From: Octopus sinensis
Taxonomy: Eukaryota
Length of the DNA stretch: 64,000 nucleotides
Direction of reading: 5' to 3'
NCBI RefSeq assembly: GCF_006345805.1
Contig: NC_043023.1
Span: forward strand, 21,266,001-21,330,000
The notes beneath the pieces were generated by a model that was not told where the DNA came from, made no database searches, and was given only the letters and a program-made list of their open reading frames with translations. The translations under genes were made by a program, and so were the position numbers. Of the stretch, positions 40,337 to 51,899 are shown piece by piece. The stretch's first letter is position 1, and each line of letters starts with the position of its first letter.

Positions 40337-40772
40337 AGCCAAGTCGGAACAGATATTTTCACGAGGCATTTCCGACCCTGCCAAGGCAATATCTGACCTA
40401 AAATTTTCAAATCGTCGCACTGTTTACGGAATTAATCTTTATTTGCGGTTGAAGCTTGGCTGTTATTTCTAGTGGGTGAATGGCCTATTATGGCCGTTCC
40501 TTGATTGTTGATGTTGAACTTAAAAATGGTCTGTGACTATTTAATTTTTTCCCACTAGGTCGCTGGTGGCAAAAGGAATTCTACAAAATTTTTTTTGCCA
40601 CCCTATATTGATTAATTATGGATTTTCTGTTAATTCCGTAATGGAATCGGCGGCTTATATTTATTTGCTGCCGATAAATTTGGCGCGAGTGCGACGATTT
40701 GAAAATTTTAGGTCAGATATTGCCTTGGCAGGGTCGGAAATGCCTCGTGAAAATATCTGTTCCGACTTGGCT

Positions 40773-40879
40773 ATTTCTTGCTGAAGAATCTGAGGGCCTA
40801 TGGAAGATTGGCTTGATTTAATTTAATCAGGTTAGTTTACCATTAAACAGCAGATGAAACGGTACATCGTACAAGAAAT
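40773..40879 (+). ncRNA. Type I hammerhead ribozyme
   Basis: Stem I atttcttg/caagaaat (8 bp), CTGAAGA 40781-40787, long stem II atctg...cagat, GAAA 40856-40859, stem III cggt-ac-atcg, GUA triplet, predicted cleavage after 40871. Confidence 0.88.
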
Positions 40880-41263
40880 TACAGGGTAAATGTTTTTTAA
40901 ATTTTCTCCTGTTTACGGAATTAATCTTTATTTGCGGTTGAAGCTTTGGCTGTTATTTCTAGTGGGTGAATGGCCTATTATGGCCGTTCCTTGATTGTTG
41001 ATGTTGAACTTAAAAATGGTCTGTGACTATTTAATTTTTTCCCACTAGGCCGCTGGTGGCAAAAGGAATTCTACAAAATTTTTTTTGCCACCCTATATTG
41101 ATTAATTATGGATTTTCTGGTTAATTCCGTAATGGAATCGGCGGCTTATATTTATTTGCTGCCGATAAATTTGGCGCGAGTGCGACGATTTGAAAATTTT
41201 AGGTCAGATATTGCCTTGGCAGGGTCGGAAATGCCTCGTGAAAATATCTGTTCCGACTTGGCT

Positions 41264-41370
41264 ATTTCTTGCTGAAGAATCTGAGGGCCTATGGAAGATT
41301 GGCTTGATTTAATTTAATCAGGTTAGTTTACCATTAAACAGCAGATGAAACGGTACATCGTACAAGAAAT
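41264..41370 (+). ncRNA. Type I hammerhead ribozyme (second tandem copy)
   Basis: Identical to 40773-40879; predicted cleavage after 41362. Confidence 0.88.
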
Positions 41371-41601
41371 TACAGGGTAAATGTTTTTTAAATTTTCTCC
41401 TGTTTACGGAATTAATCTTTATTTGCGGTTGAAGCTTTGGCTGTTATTTCTAGTGGGTGAATGGCCTATTATGGCCGTTCCTTGATTGTTGATGTTGAAC
41501 TTAAAAATGGTCTGTGACTATTTAATTTTTTCCCACTAGGCCGCTGGTGGCAAAAGGAATTCTACAAAATTTTTTTTGCCACCCTATATTGATTAATTAT
41601 A

Positions 41602-41633
<32 letters not shown>

Positions 41634-41639
41634 AAATAT

Positions 41640-44600
41640 TATTAGAGACAAAACCACTATTTTGCAAAGCAAACAAGGAAAGACTTAATCAATACATAAA
41701 ATTTTAATAAATAGTCAAAAAAACCGCCACTACAATCGTTTCTTGTCTTGATCGACAATCTTCAGGTGGACTTCCAATCTAAAAAATCAAAATTTTAAAA
41801 TATAAAAATAATAATTTTAAATAATTAAAGTATAAATGAAAAAATATAAGTATATAATCCATATATAACCTATATATAATCCATATCGAAAATATAGACA
41901 AATTACCACGAATTCCCTAAAAAAAACCATGATAAAACAAAACTCTTAAAAACATATAACGATAAAATCTCCCTTTGCTAAATTCTAAAACAAACCTATA
42001 TAGTAATCCCCCTAACCTAAACATTCACACACAAATACACACACGTAAACCACAGACCCACGACTTATACACATACCTATACTAACTTATAAACCTCAAT
42101 ATACACCAAAACCCACTCCCTCCCCACACAGACAAATTAACACATACATCCCAAAACCTAAATAACAAACCCATATACACATTCACACACAAACACACAC
42201 ACACACGCAAAACACGCACACACAACAGATACATATACTCCCTCACATATACGCATATACATACTCACTAAACTCGACATATACAACAATACTTACACAC
42301 CCACAAAAATCATTAAATACATTTATGAGCTTTAACTCAGCTTAGCAGCTCTAACAAACAACTTGCAGTAACCCAATCCCATTCTCTATGCCTACCTCAC
42401 TACTACACTATTCCATTCACATTCCAAGCAACGCTAGTCCACCACCCGGTTATGCACGTGGCAAAACGAACACCACTCAAAAATTATGAATGAAACAATG
42501 TAAAAAAATAACCAACATCGAAAATAGACAAATTACCACGAATTACCTAAAAAAAACCATGATAAACCAAAACTCATAAAAGCATATAACGATAAAATCT
42601 CCCTTTGCTAAACCCTATAACAAACTTATATAGCAATCCCCCTAACCTAAACATTCACACACAAATACACACACGTAAACCACAGACCCAAGACTTATAC
42701 ACAAACCTATACTAACTTATAAACCTCAAAATACACCAAAACCCACTCCCTCCCACACAGACAAATTAACACATACATCCCAAAACCTAAATAACAAACC
42801 CAAATACACATTCACACACAAACACACACACACGCAAAACACACACACACAACAGATACATATACTCCCTCACATATACGCATATACATACTCACTAAAC
42901 TCGATATATACAACAATATTTACACACCCACACTCATACAGATAAATAAATTAATTATACAACTAAAAACTCACAACCAATCTCATATACATAAACACTC
43001 CTATGAAAACAACATTAAATACATCGTAATTAACCAGAATATCAAAAATAACAATATGACATAAGGATAAATCAAATACATACTTACAATTCAGTTACAA
43101 ATTATGAAGTGAAATTAAATTCTTAGCCGTTAAAAAACCAAACAAAAATTACGTTACCATAGAAATAACTTATGTAAAAAAAGAATACGCGCCATAGAAA
43201 GTAAACGTCATTCAAAATATGAATGGAGAAATATAATAAATGGAACTAAAAACTATATCACGTAGCAAACCAACGCTACTTAAAAAAATTTATTATGAAT
43301 GGATTCTATAAAAACTACCATGAAAATCATTATATACATTTATGAGCTTTAGCTCACCCTAGCAGCTCTAACAAACAACTTACAGTAACCCATAACTATT
43401 CTCGATGCATACCTCACTACCACACTAATCCATTCACAATTCCAAGCAACGCTAGTCCACCACCCGGTTACAATTCCCAACTCCACCTATTCATTCACAA
43501 TTTAAACGACGTTCCCTTCCACAACGCTACATATAAGCCTCAACATATACACCGGAGATACACTTACACATCCGTGCGGATGGGTGAGAGTATACATTAA
43601 GTGTAGTGATGGGGCTCCCATTTCTAAACAATTTGTACCTATGTGGTAGTCTCCATGTGTATATTCACGCACGGGTATAAATGCAGGGGGTACACGCTCA
43701 CTTCATTTGCGTGTACCCCTCACATGTACATATGCATACTATTTTGGCTCGATATATGCAACAATGTAATCGCGCCCGTGTGTGTGAGCATTCACTGGTT
43801 GTGCAATTCACCCATCTGGGTGTGAGTGGGTGTAAACGTATCGCTGTGGAGGTCGAGCTTGATACGTATATATTAGTGTGTATTAGGGGTTGTACGTACT
43901 AATTATGTGCATGTGCTTCACGCACTTGCGTCCATGTATGGATGAATATATTGGGATTACTATGTGGGTGTAAATAGGGTATGGGGGGGAGTTTTGTCAT
44001 TGTATGGGTGTGGGTTTCATTTATGATGGTGGTTAGTTGGTGATTATTAGTATGTTCTGTATATTTGGGTTAGTTATATATTATTCTAGTGTGTATAATT
44101 GTATACATATAATTGGTGTGAATGGGATTACTCCCATTTTTGGGGATGTATGTGTTTATTTATCCATGTGGGGCGGGAGTGGCCGTTAGGTGCATATGCT
44201 GAGGCTCACATGCAATCCCAAGTACAACGAATGAAGTGGGCACTTATATTTGTTATGGGTGTGTGTACTTTATTATAAAAGACAATACCCAAATAAAATC
44301 TGTCAATTCAACATACAATAAAAAACAAAATACAAAGGGATCTTAAACATTCACACATACATACAAAACTCAATAAAAACACCACTAAATAACACCCAAA
44401 ACATATAAATATATCCTCCAATACATATAACAAATGCAAAATAAAAATACATAATAAAATAAAATAAAAATAAAAATAAAAAAATAAAAAAATCTAATAT
44501 AAATTATTAAAGTTTTAACGTACCATAAACTGTTAAATTAATATACATTAAAAATGAACTAATTAAAACAAAGAAATATCAATAAAGACTAACTATAATT

Positions 44601-44870
44601 AAAGCCTAGACAACATAACCAAAAATATATTATCTAAACTAATTTAAACTAAACTAAAGTAACCTAAAAGGGAACTATTATTGCTATTTATCATGAAACT
44701 TATTATATAGGTAAAGTAACTTGTGTCTGCATTTTATTTTGCGCTCTTCACCAGTATTAAGTAAATTATCATACTTATAAAATAAAATTTCTTTAAACTC
44801 ATTAGAGCATAAATAACAACAATTAGCTCCTATATTATAAATAATATTTTATAATATTTTATAATATTTT
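41640..44870 (-). mobile_element. 5'-truncated Penelope-like element: ORF C-terminus plus ~3-kb 3' region with terminal hammerhead
   Basis: Minus strand ~44840-44690 reads YNIGANCCYLCSNEFKEILFYKYDNLLNTGEERKIKCRHKLL, resembling the PLE GIY-YIG-region tail C.LC..E...I....LLN...E....CRH; hammerhead at 41727-41769; internal duplication ~41885-42480 / ~42517-43470. Confidence 0.65.
41727..41769 (-). ncRNA. Minimal type I hammerhead ribozyme (Penelope-type)
   Basis: Minus strand ccac CTGAAGA ttgtc-gatcaa-gacaa GAAA c-gatt-g TA gtgg: all core nucleotides present, perfect stems I and II, minimal stem III. Confidence 0.85.
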
Positions 44871-44952
44871 ATAATATTTTACTATAAAATTGGATTTAAT
44901 CCTAAATCTGATTTTTTTCCCTGTAAATTTGGATTTATTCCCTAATATTTAT

Positions 44953-45014
<62 letters not shown>

Positions 45015-45078
45015 TATATTATTTTATTTTTATTTTATCTAGTTTCATCTCACGAGCTGTGGCCATGCTGGGGCACCG

Positions 45079-45124
<46 letters not shown>

Positions 45125-45337
45125 TGTTGAAATGGAAAGATGAATTATCTTGTTACAGATTATTTAAAAGTTTAACCGATACCTGGGTAGCAAAAATCAC
45201 AGCAGAAAAAACATGGTTGGAGTTATGACCATAGGGTGTTGCAACCGTGCGTTTGTGCGGGTAATTGAAGTTTAATATAATTAGTGAATGGAAGAAATGG
45301 AGTTGAACGAAGACTGTACAGAATTCCTTTTATTACA

Positions 45338-45417
45338 TTCTACACATGTTTCAAAGGCCACAATTTTCCAAATTCTGATTGAATAAGGATACCATATTGC
45401 AGCTTTCTCTTCAGGAA
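45338..45417 (-). ncRNA. Type I hammerhead ribozyme motif with extended stem II
   Basis: Minus strand ttc CTGAAGA gaaagctgcaat...attgtggccttt GAAA c-atgt-g TA gaa, followed by aataaa. Confidence 0.7.
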
Positions 45418-46188
45418 AATCCAGGAATTACGATGTCCAAACAAAAACAAAGGCGCAGCAAGCAATTCGAACAATAACGCTCCTTAAGAGCCCATGTATT
45501 GGGGCAAACTGTTTCTCAATATACGTTGAAATCGGGGGGTTGGTGGAGGCCGACAAAAAGGTCCGTTGGAATAAATCAAGGTCAGGCCGCGGTCAAATCT
45601 AGTAGGTGAGGAATTAATGAAAACAAGGGGTGTGAAGATATTCTGTGTAACCAAAATTAAAGCTCTGAATATTTTAAGAATTCAGGGTGTATTATTTAGG
45701 TGCGAGACACTACCTACCTACATGCATGTGTGTGTATGCTAGCCTGTGTATGCGTGGGGCGCGAGATAGTGAGCACTGCTGAAAATAGCCGGTCAGGCGG
45801 CTGAAATAATTCTGTGTTCGTGTGTCCGTCAGTGGCCTGCTTATCTAAATTAACATCGCCAAAAATCAGAGGGGTATATAACTCCTGCCCTTGCTTCTAA
45901 AAACCGACCAATCGCCCAAGGGGAGTAATTTCCCCTTGCAAAAATTGTTCAGAGATTTTTTTCAAAAAAAATTTTTTCAAAATTTATTTCCTTTTATTAG
46001 GATATCAAGGTGTTAATTGTCTTAGGTATCATTTATATGTAAGAAACGTATGACGCCGCCAATGGGGACATCGAAAAGCAGTCTGTAAAAGCCCGTTTAC
46101 CAAACGGCCTCTGGCGAACAATATGTGGAAAAGCTCAGAGTTACAAAGATTACATATCCTTTATTCCATTCACTAATTATATATATAT

Positions 46189-46274
<86 letters not shown>

Positions 46275-46306
46275 ATATAGGTATATAGAAAGATAGATAG
46301 ATAGAT

Positions 46307-46400
<94 letters not shown>

Positions 46401-46614
46401 TCATCTCTCTGTCTATATATCTACCCTCTTTGTAATGTTGGAAAATGGAATAAGTATAAAAATGAATATTGTCGATTTAATTTAAAATGTCCATATGTGG
46501 CTGAAGCGTGCTCTACATTTTAAAACTGACGTAATATTTACATTGTTTAATTAAATGAAGTAGCATGAAACGAGTAAACTACACTACCTTTGGATATTCT
46601 CGTTGCTTATATTG

Positions 46615-46656
<42 letters not shown>

Positions 46657-47051
46657 GACTCCGGCACTCGGGCTGTTCGAGCTTAGCCCGAATATAAATG
46701 TAATAAGGTGGACGTGTATTTATAAGCTGATTTCATTTCTGCCAACACTGACTTCAAGTATGTAATTGCAGCCAATAACTCGTGCTCCTTTTATTGAGCC
46801 TGGTCGCTGTTGGTTTATTTTCGTTCACCGTCTGTGTCAAAATATCATTCGTAGCAGACGTTCTCTCGACATCGTTCACACGCGCCTGACTCGGTCTCAG
46901 AAGTTACATCCCGAGTTCTTATCAATAATCGTAAAAATTAAAATTAATTCAAATGCAATGTTTTCTTGAAACTATAAATTTTTAGAGAGATTAATATTTA
47001 AATTAAAATCCATGAAAAGTTTCCGTTCTGTAATATTCTTAAAGGAACGAA

Positions 47052-47466
47052 GGATCTTTTCGGTTTGAACGGCAGTTTTTTTCTAGCGGTGGCATATGAA
47101 ATTGTCACCCATAGTTATGACCCTAGTATCGATCTATTGCATTTCAATCTGTTTTAGGGTTAGGGGTGAGGGAAGGGTATCTGTTTTTCTTCAGAAATGT
47201 AAATAAACCCAATCTGTTTCTTAAACGAGGGACATATTCATACGGCACAGAATGTTTTTTTACCTCAATAGACGTCAATGATTGGTTGAAATTGCAGAAA
47301 TTGAAGAAAAAAACAACAACAAATATCTTACATACTATAGAATTTTCTCAATAAAGCCAAGAGAAAAAGATGTTTTATAAACACATTCTATCAGTATACG
47401 AAGTTTAAAAGTGTTTAGTTACGTGGAAATTATTTTAAAAAACTGCCGTTCAAACAGAAAAGACCC
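47052..47466. mobile_element. 415-bp MITE with 30-bp TIRs and 8-bp TSD (Merlin-like)
   Basis: TIR ggatcttttcggtttgaacggcagtttttt vs aaaaaactgccgttcaaacagaaaagaccc (2 mismatches); TSD ggaacgaa at 47044-47051 and 47467-47474; GG...CC termini. Confidence 0.9.
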
Positions 47467-47844
47467 GGAACGAAAATTTATCCAGCAACTCGGGCTAATA
47501 GGAACGAGCCTGGAAGGTGTAAAGGAGAAACTGGCATCTCTTGTCAAGATTACAAGCGACAGTCAGATCGCTGGTGTTTGCTTGTGCACTCTGCTGTCGT
47601 AATTTGATTGCTGTTATTCTGTGCATTTGTGCGCAAAAATCAGTTGTGTTTTGCAGGGTTGCTTTCTTGTAATCCTTAACTTAGAAACGGAGAAAGACAT
47701 AGCGTTAGATGTGAAAAAATAAGCCATTTGGGGCTAGAAATAAAGCGGGAAAACGTGAAATTCTTCGAGTAGAAATGTGTCTTGTATGAAATCTGTGATG
47801 AGCCCGTGTGACACTGAATCGCCTCTGAGATATATATATATAAA

Positions 47845-47890
<46 letters not shown>

Positions 47891-47909
47891 TCATGAACGT
47901 ATGCGCGTG

Positions 47910-47965
<56 letters not shown>

Positions 47966-48680
47966 GGTCCATAAAGACACACCCGATGGTTTTGATATCA
48001 CGATGGGAAGATCTGCTTCAGCACAAGTAACTGATTTGGTCTGAATATATATACTTTCTGAAATGGCAGACCAGTTCCCAAACATCAACAGAGGTCTATA
48101 TCGTGTTGATTGTTTACTTTACCTCAAAAATGTTTCTGACCAAAAAGTACAAAATGTTAAGAATACTTCAGTTAAGTTTTTTTTTCCGTAGAATGGGTTT
48201 AGGCATTGTCTTTAGGATGATGTAACGAAAGCCAACTTAACTTACGCAATAATTCTTACGTCCCATACCACAAACAATCGACCAACCTTAAGTATATTAG
48301 CCAATTAAATAATCATTCTAAGGCGATCACTAAGAACTTAGTTAAGAATATTTCATTTAGATTTTCTAAGTTCTCTGCCTATGTAGGCACTTTTAACGAC
48401 AAGGCTCAATTTTGTACCCCTGCCTTACTTAAAGCAGTTTATACAGATAAAGTTATCTACATTGATTGCATTCAATCTTATTCTACCTTTAGTAAGGGAG
48501 ACATGAAATCTAGCTGTAAGGATATAAACGATATCAGTTTTAATTTATACACCAACTCCAAACAGAGGAAGGGAGATAACCGTTATTTAAACCCCTTTTT
48601 TCAGTCTAAAGGTAAGTCGATGTCTTTCAAAGGTGGTTACACTAAAAATAAGGCACTAATAGCAAAACAATTTGGTTGAT

Positions 48681-48765
<85 letters not shown>

Positions 48766-48866
48766 GAATTTGCATATCGGAACTGAAATATTTCTGTCTG
48801 TGTGTACACATCATTGTATATATCTATCTATATAAACACATTCAAGCACATAAAAAGACAGTCACG

Positions 48867-48900
<34 letters not shown>

Positions 48901-49029
48901 CGGGCACGCACACGCACACACACAAACACACAGACATATATATATGTTTGTGTGTGTGTGTGTGTGTGTTTGAAATTAAAGTAGAACAAACGCCGAAATG
49001 TTACTCAATAAAAGTCAGAGAGCCAAACG

Positions 49030-49308
49030 ATTTTTTGATTAAAATAACCTTTTATTTATTAATTAATATATTCAATTAATATAATGATCAGAGAAAGCTA
49101 AATTACGTTAATATAGTACTAAGATATAATTGAGATATTTGGATGAGGGGATAGTCTTCTCTGTAAACTTCATCGAAGATAACCTGGTAATAACTGGCGA
49201 TGTAGGTCATACGGAGATAAATCAGGCGGGAGATGTCTTGCTAGGAATGTGACCGACAGATATTTCCTGCTGGGAATATTTTAAAATTCGTTAAAATTAG
49301 CCGATACC
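49030..49308 (-). other. Candidate non-coding last exon (3' UTR) of the EMI-EGF gene
   Basis: Minus-strand acceptor atttgtgtcttattttcAG before 49308; AATAAA motifs at ~49051-49060; donor GTAAGT 23 nt after the stop codon at 50597. Confidence 0.5.
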
Positions 49309-49711
49309 TGAAAATAAGACACAAATAAATAAATATAAGCAAAAATTTAAAAAATATGTAACAATATACAAAAATGTAAGAAGCGAACGCTATACTAATG
49401 GAGCATCCCACAAAAGGGTTTATTATAATCTTGCGTTCAGGAGGTCAAGATAAGAAACGCTCATTTGAATAGTTCAGGGGTGGCGGGATATGTTACTGTT
49501 TCCTTTCCCTGGTAAACAGAATTTTCAGAACCTTCTGATGTTCAGCTAAGTCTGTTCTACTCTGACAGACTCCACTTAATGTAATATTGTGCGGTGGGTT
49601 CTTTCAGGATCCATACATATCTTGCCAAAGCAGTGGTGATGATATCTCTCCTGCATATTACTTGAGAAGAAAATTTTAGTAGATATACTGAAACGTCAAA
49701 ACTTAGAACCA

Positions 49712-49751
<40 letters not shown>

Positions 49752-50116
49752 GGTGAAGGCGGTGAGATGGCAGAGTCATTAACACGCCGGGTAAAATGCT
49801 TGGCGACATTTTGCCCGTTCATTTAACGTACTGATTTCAAATTCCACCGAGGTCGACTTTTCCTTTCAGCCCTCCGCGGTCGATAAAATAAGTACCAGTC
49901 AAGGACGGACGAATCGTTAACACGCCGGACAAAATGCTTGGAGGCAAGTCGACCGTATTAATGTTTTGGGTTAAAATCCCGCCGAGATCAACTTTGCCTT
50001 TCGTCCTTCGGGATCGATGAATTAAGAACTAGTTCTAGACTGGGGTCTATGTAATCCACTTCACCACCTCCTCCACAAAGTTCAAGCCTTGTTCCCATAG
50101 TAGAATGGCTTATTAC

Positions 50117-50231
<115 letters not shown>

Positions 50232-50263
50232 TATTATTATTATTATTATTATATTATTATTAT

Positions 50264-50575
50264 TGAGTTAGAGAGCAGTGCATGCCATCAAAGTGACACT
50301 GGGGTAAAATATAAGAAGCCAAGTATACCCATCATGAATACCCGTCTGATAAGGGTAGACCAGGCATATGCATCACAACCATATGTGCGCGACATGGTGA
50401 CCTCATATGAAGATAAATAGCACCTGACCTTTCTGGGGAGGGGAGGGCCCAGTTAGAATTTTCTTTTGGTCGAGTAGCCTATCCCTTTAAAAAATTTCCT
50501 GAATAAGGGTTGTTTAAGGATGTTGAACGAAACACCCACGATTCCAAAGGTGAATTATCCAAACCCCGAAGAATT
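50264..50575. mobile_element. Interspersed repeat family D, always adjoining (ATT)n (probable retroposon 3' end on the minus strand)
   Basis: gagagcagtgcatgccatcaaagtgacactggggtaaaatat... also at ~54290-54798, 55570-55755 and 59072-59340. Confidence 0.75.
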
Positions 50576-50620
50576 CAACCCAATTACTTATACTTACACG
50601 TTTTGTTGTTGTTGTGTGCT

Positions 50621-50748
50621 TTATCTACGAACACATGTTCTCCCATTGAAACGGAACCCTGGTTTACACAAACATTTGTAGGACCCTATTGTGTTGACGC
50701 ATTTCCCGTATCTACCGCATCGAAAACTCCTTCTACACTCGTTTACAT
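50621..50748 (-). CDS. EMI-EGF gene coding exon 7: cbEGF-like domain + stop ([42 protein letters not shown])
   Basis: D-x-N-E-C calcium-binding EGF consensus, C.NT.GSY.C.C..GF; acceptor ttcatttgcAG; phase 1; TAA at 50621-50623. Confidence 0.9.
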
Positions 50749-51053
50749 CTGCAAATGAAAACAAATTTATTGCACTTAATTGCATGTATATAAAACAGAT
50801 GCATTATTTGGGGTTGGGTCAATGTAATAAGCACCAGTTATACTCTGGGGTCGATGTAATCGACTAGACCGATTCCCCCAAAAGTTTGTGACATTAAATA
50901 TGTTCGTTGTTACACTGATTTTTACACGGATTTTTCAAACGGAAAAACACTTTGTAACTTTAGTCCTGTGTTTTGTCCCTTTATGGTATAATTGATTTTT
51001 GTTAGCCCTTGTGGCGAATAAGCGAATTAATTATTATTATCTTTTTTCTTCTT

Positions 51054-51125
<72 letters not shown>

Positions 51126-51216
51126 TATTATTATTATTATTATTATCTCCCAGCCAATTGCTTATAGATATACGTGTGTATATTGTTCTTGTAGCTGCTG
51201 TTTGTCCTTTACTTAC

Positions 51217-51336
51217 CAACACATGTTCTTCTATTGAAATAATAGCCCCGTCTGCAGTAACAAGTGAAAGAGGTTCCTCTCTTGACGCATCTACCATTTC
51301 TCCCGCACCGATTCCATCTGCACGGTCCTCCGACGG
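51217..51336 (-). CDS. EMI-EGF gene exon 6: EGF domain (AVGGPCRWNRCGRNGRCVKRGTSFTCYCRRGYYFNRRTCV)
   Basis: 6-Cys EGF pattern, 120 nt, ctttccAG / GTAAGT, phase 1/1. Confidence 0.9.
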
Positions 51337-51620
51337 CTGGAAAGCAGAACAGAAATAACACAATTATATATAACAATCAGAATTCTTTCATCATCATCAT
51401 CATCATCATGATCATCATCATAATGACAGATAGTTACCACACCGGGTGTCATTTCGACAGCGTCTGTTCTTTCTAAGTTCAAACACCACAGACGTCAACT
51501 TTGCCTTTCATCGCTTCCGGGTCGATTGAATAAGTAACAGATGTTCACTGGGGTCGATGTAATCGACTTATCCCCGACCCAGAATTACTTGCCCTCTGTG
51601 GCAATTTGGAAATCATCATT

Positions 51621-51672
<52 letters not shown>

Positions 51673-51794
51673 ACATCATCATCATCAATCATCATCATCA
51701 TCATCATCATCATCACACATCATCATCATCATCATTATCATCATTATGATCATCAACACCAACATCATCATCATCATCATCACCATCATTATTA

Positions 51795-51844
<50 letters not shown>

Positions 51845-51899
51845 TATTATTATTATTATTATTCATATACACACAACCAGCCAGACTGTTAGAAAAGAA

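Larger units (their letters stand above)
40105..41600 (+). mobile_element. Hammerhead-containing ~491-bp tandem array with inverted 5' segment: candidate non-LTR retrozyme or Penelope pLTR array
   Basis: Units start at 40421, 40910 and 41401 (third partial); 40105-40420 is the reverse complement of ~40689-41002; no credible ORF; one hammerhead per full unit; flanked by (TA)n on both sides. Confidence 0.85.

Noticed and set aside
41800-44650. A/C-skewed region resembling a mitochondrial insertion
   Set aside because: No recognisable mitochondrial genes or tRNAs; bounded by a PLE-like ORF tail and a hammerhead
51121-51363. ORF-track peptides MCYFCSAFQPSE... (also 54660-55187)
   Set aside because: Wrong frame; splice phases give the 6-Cys EGF frame
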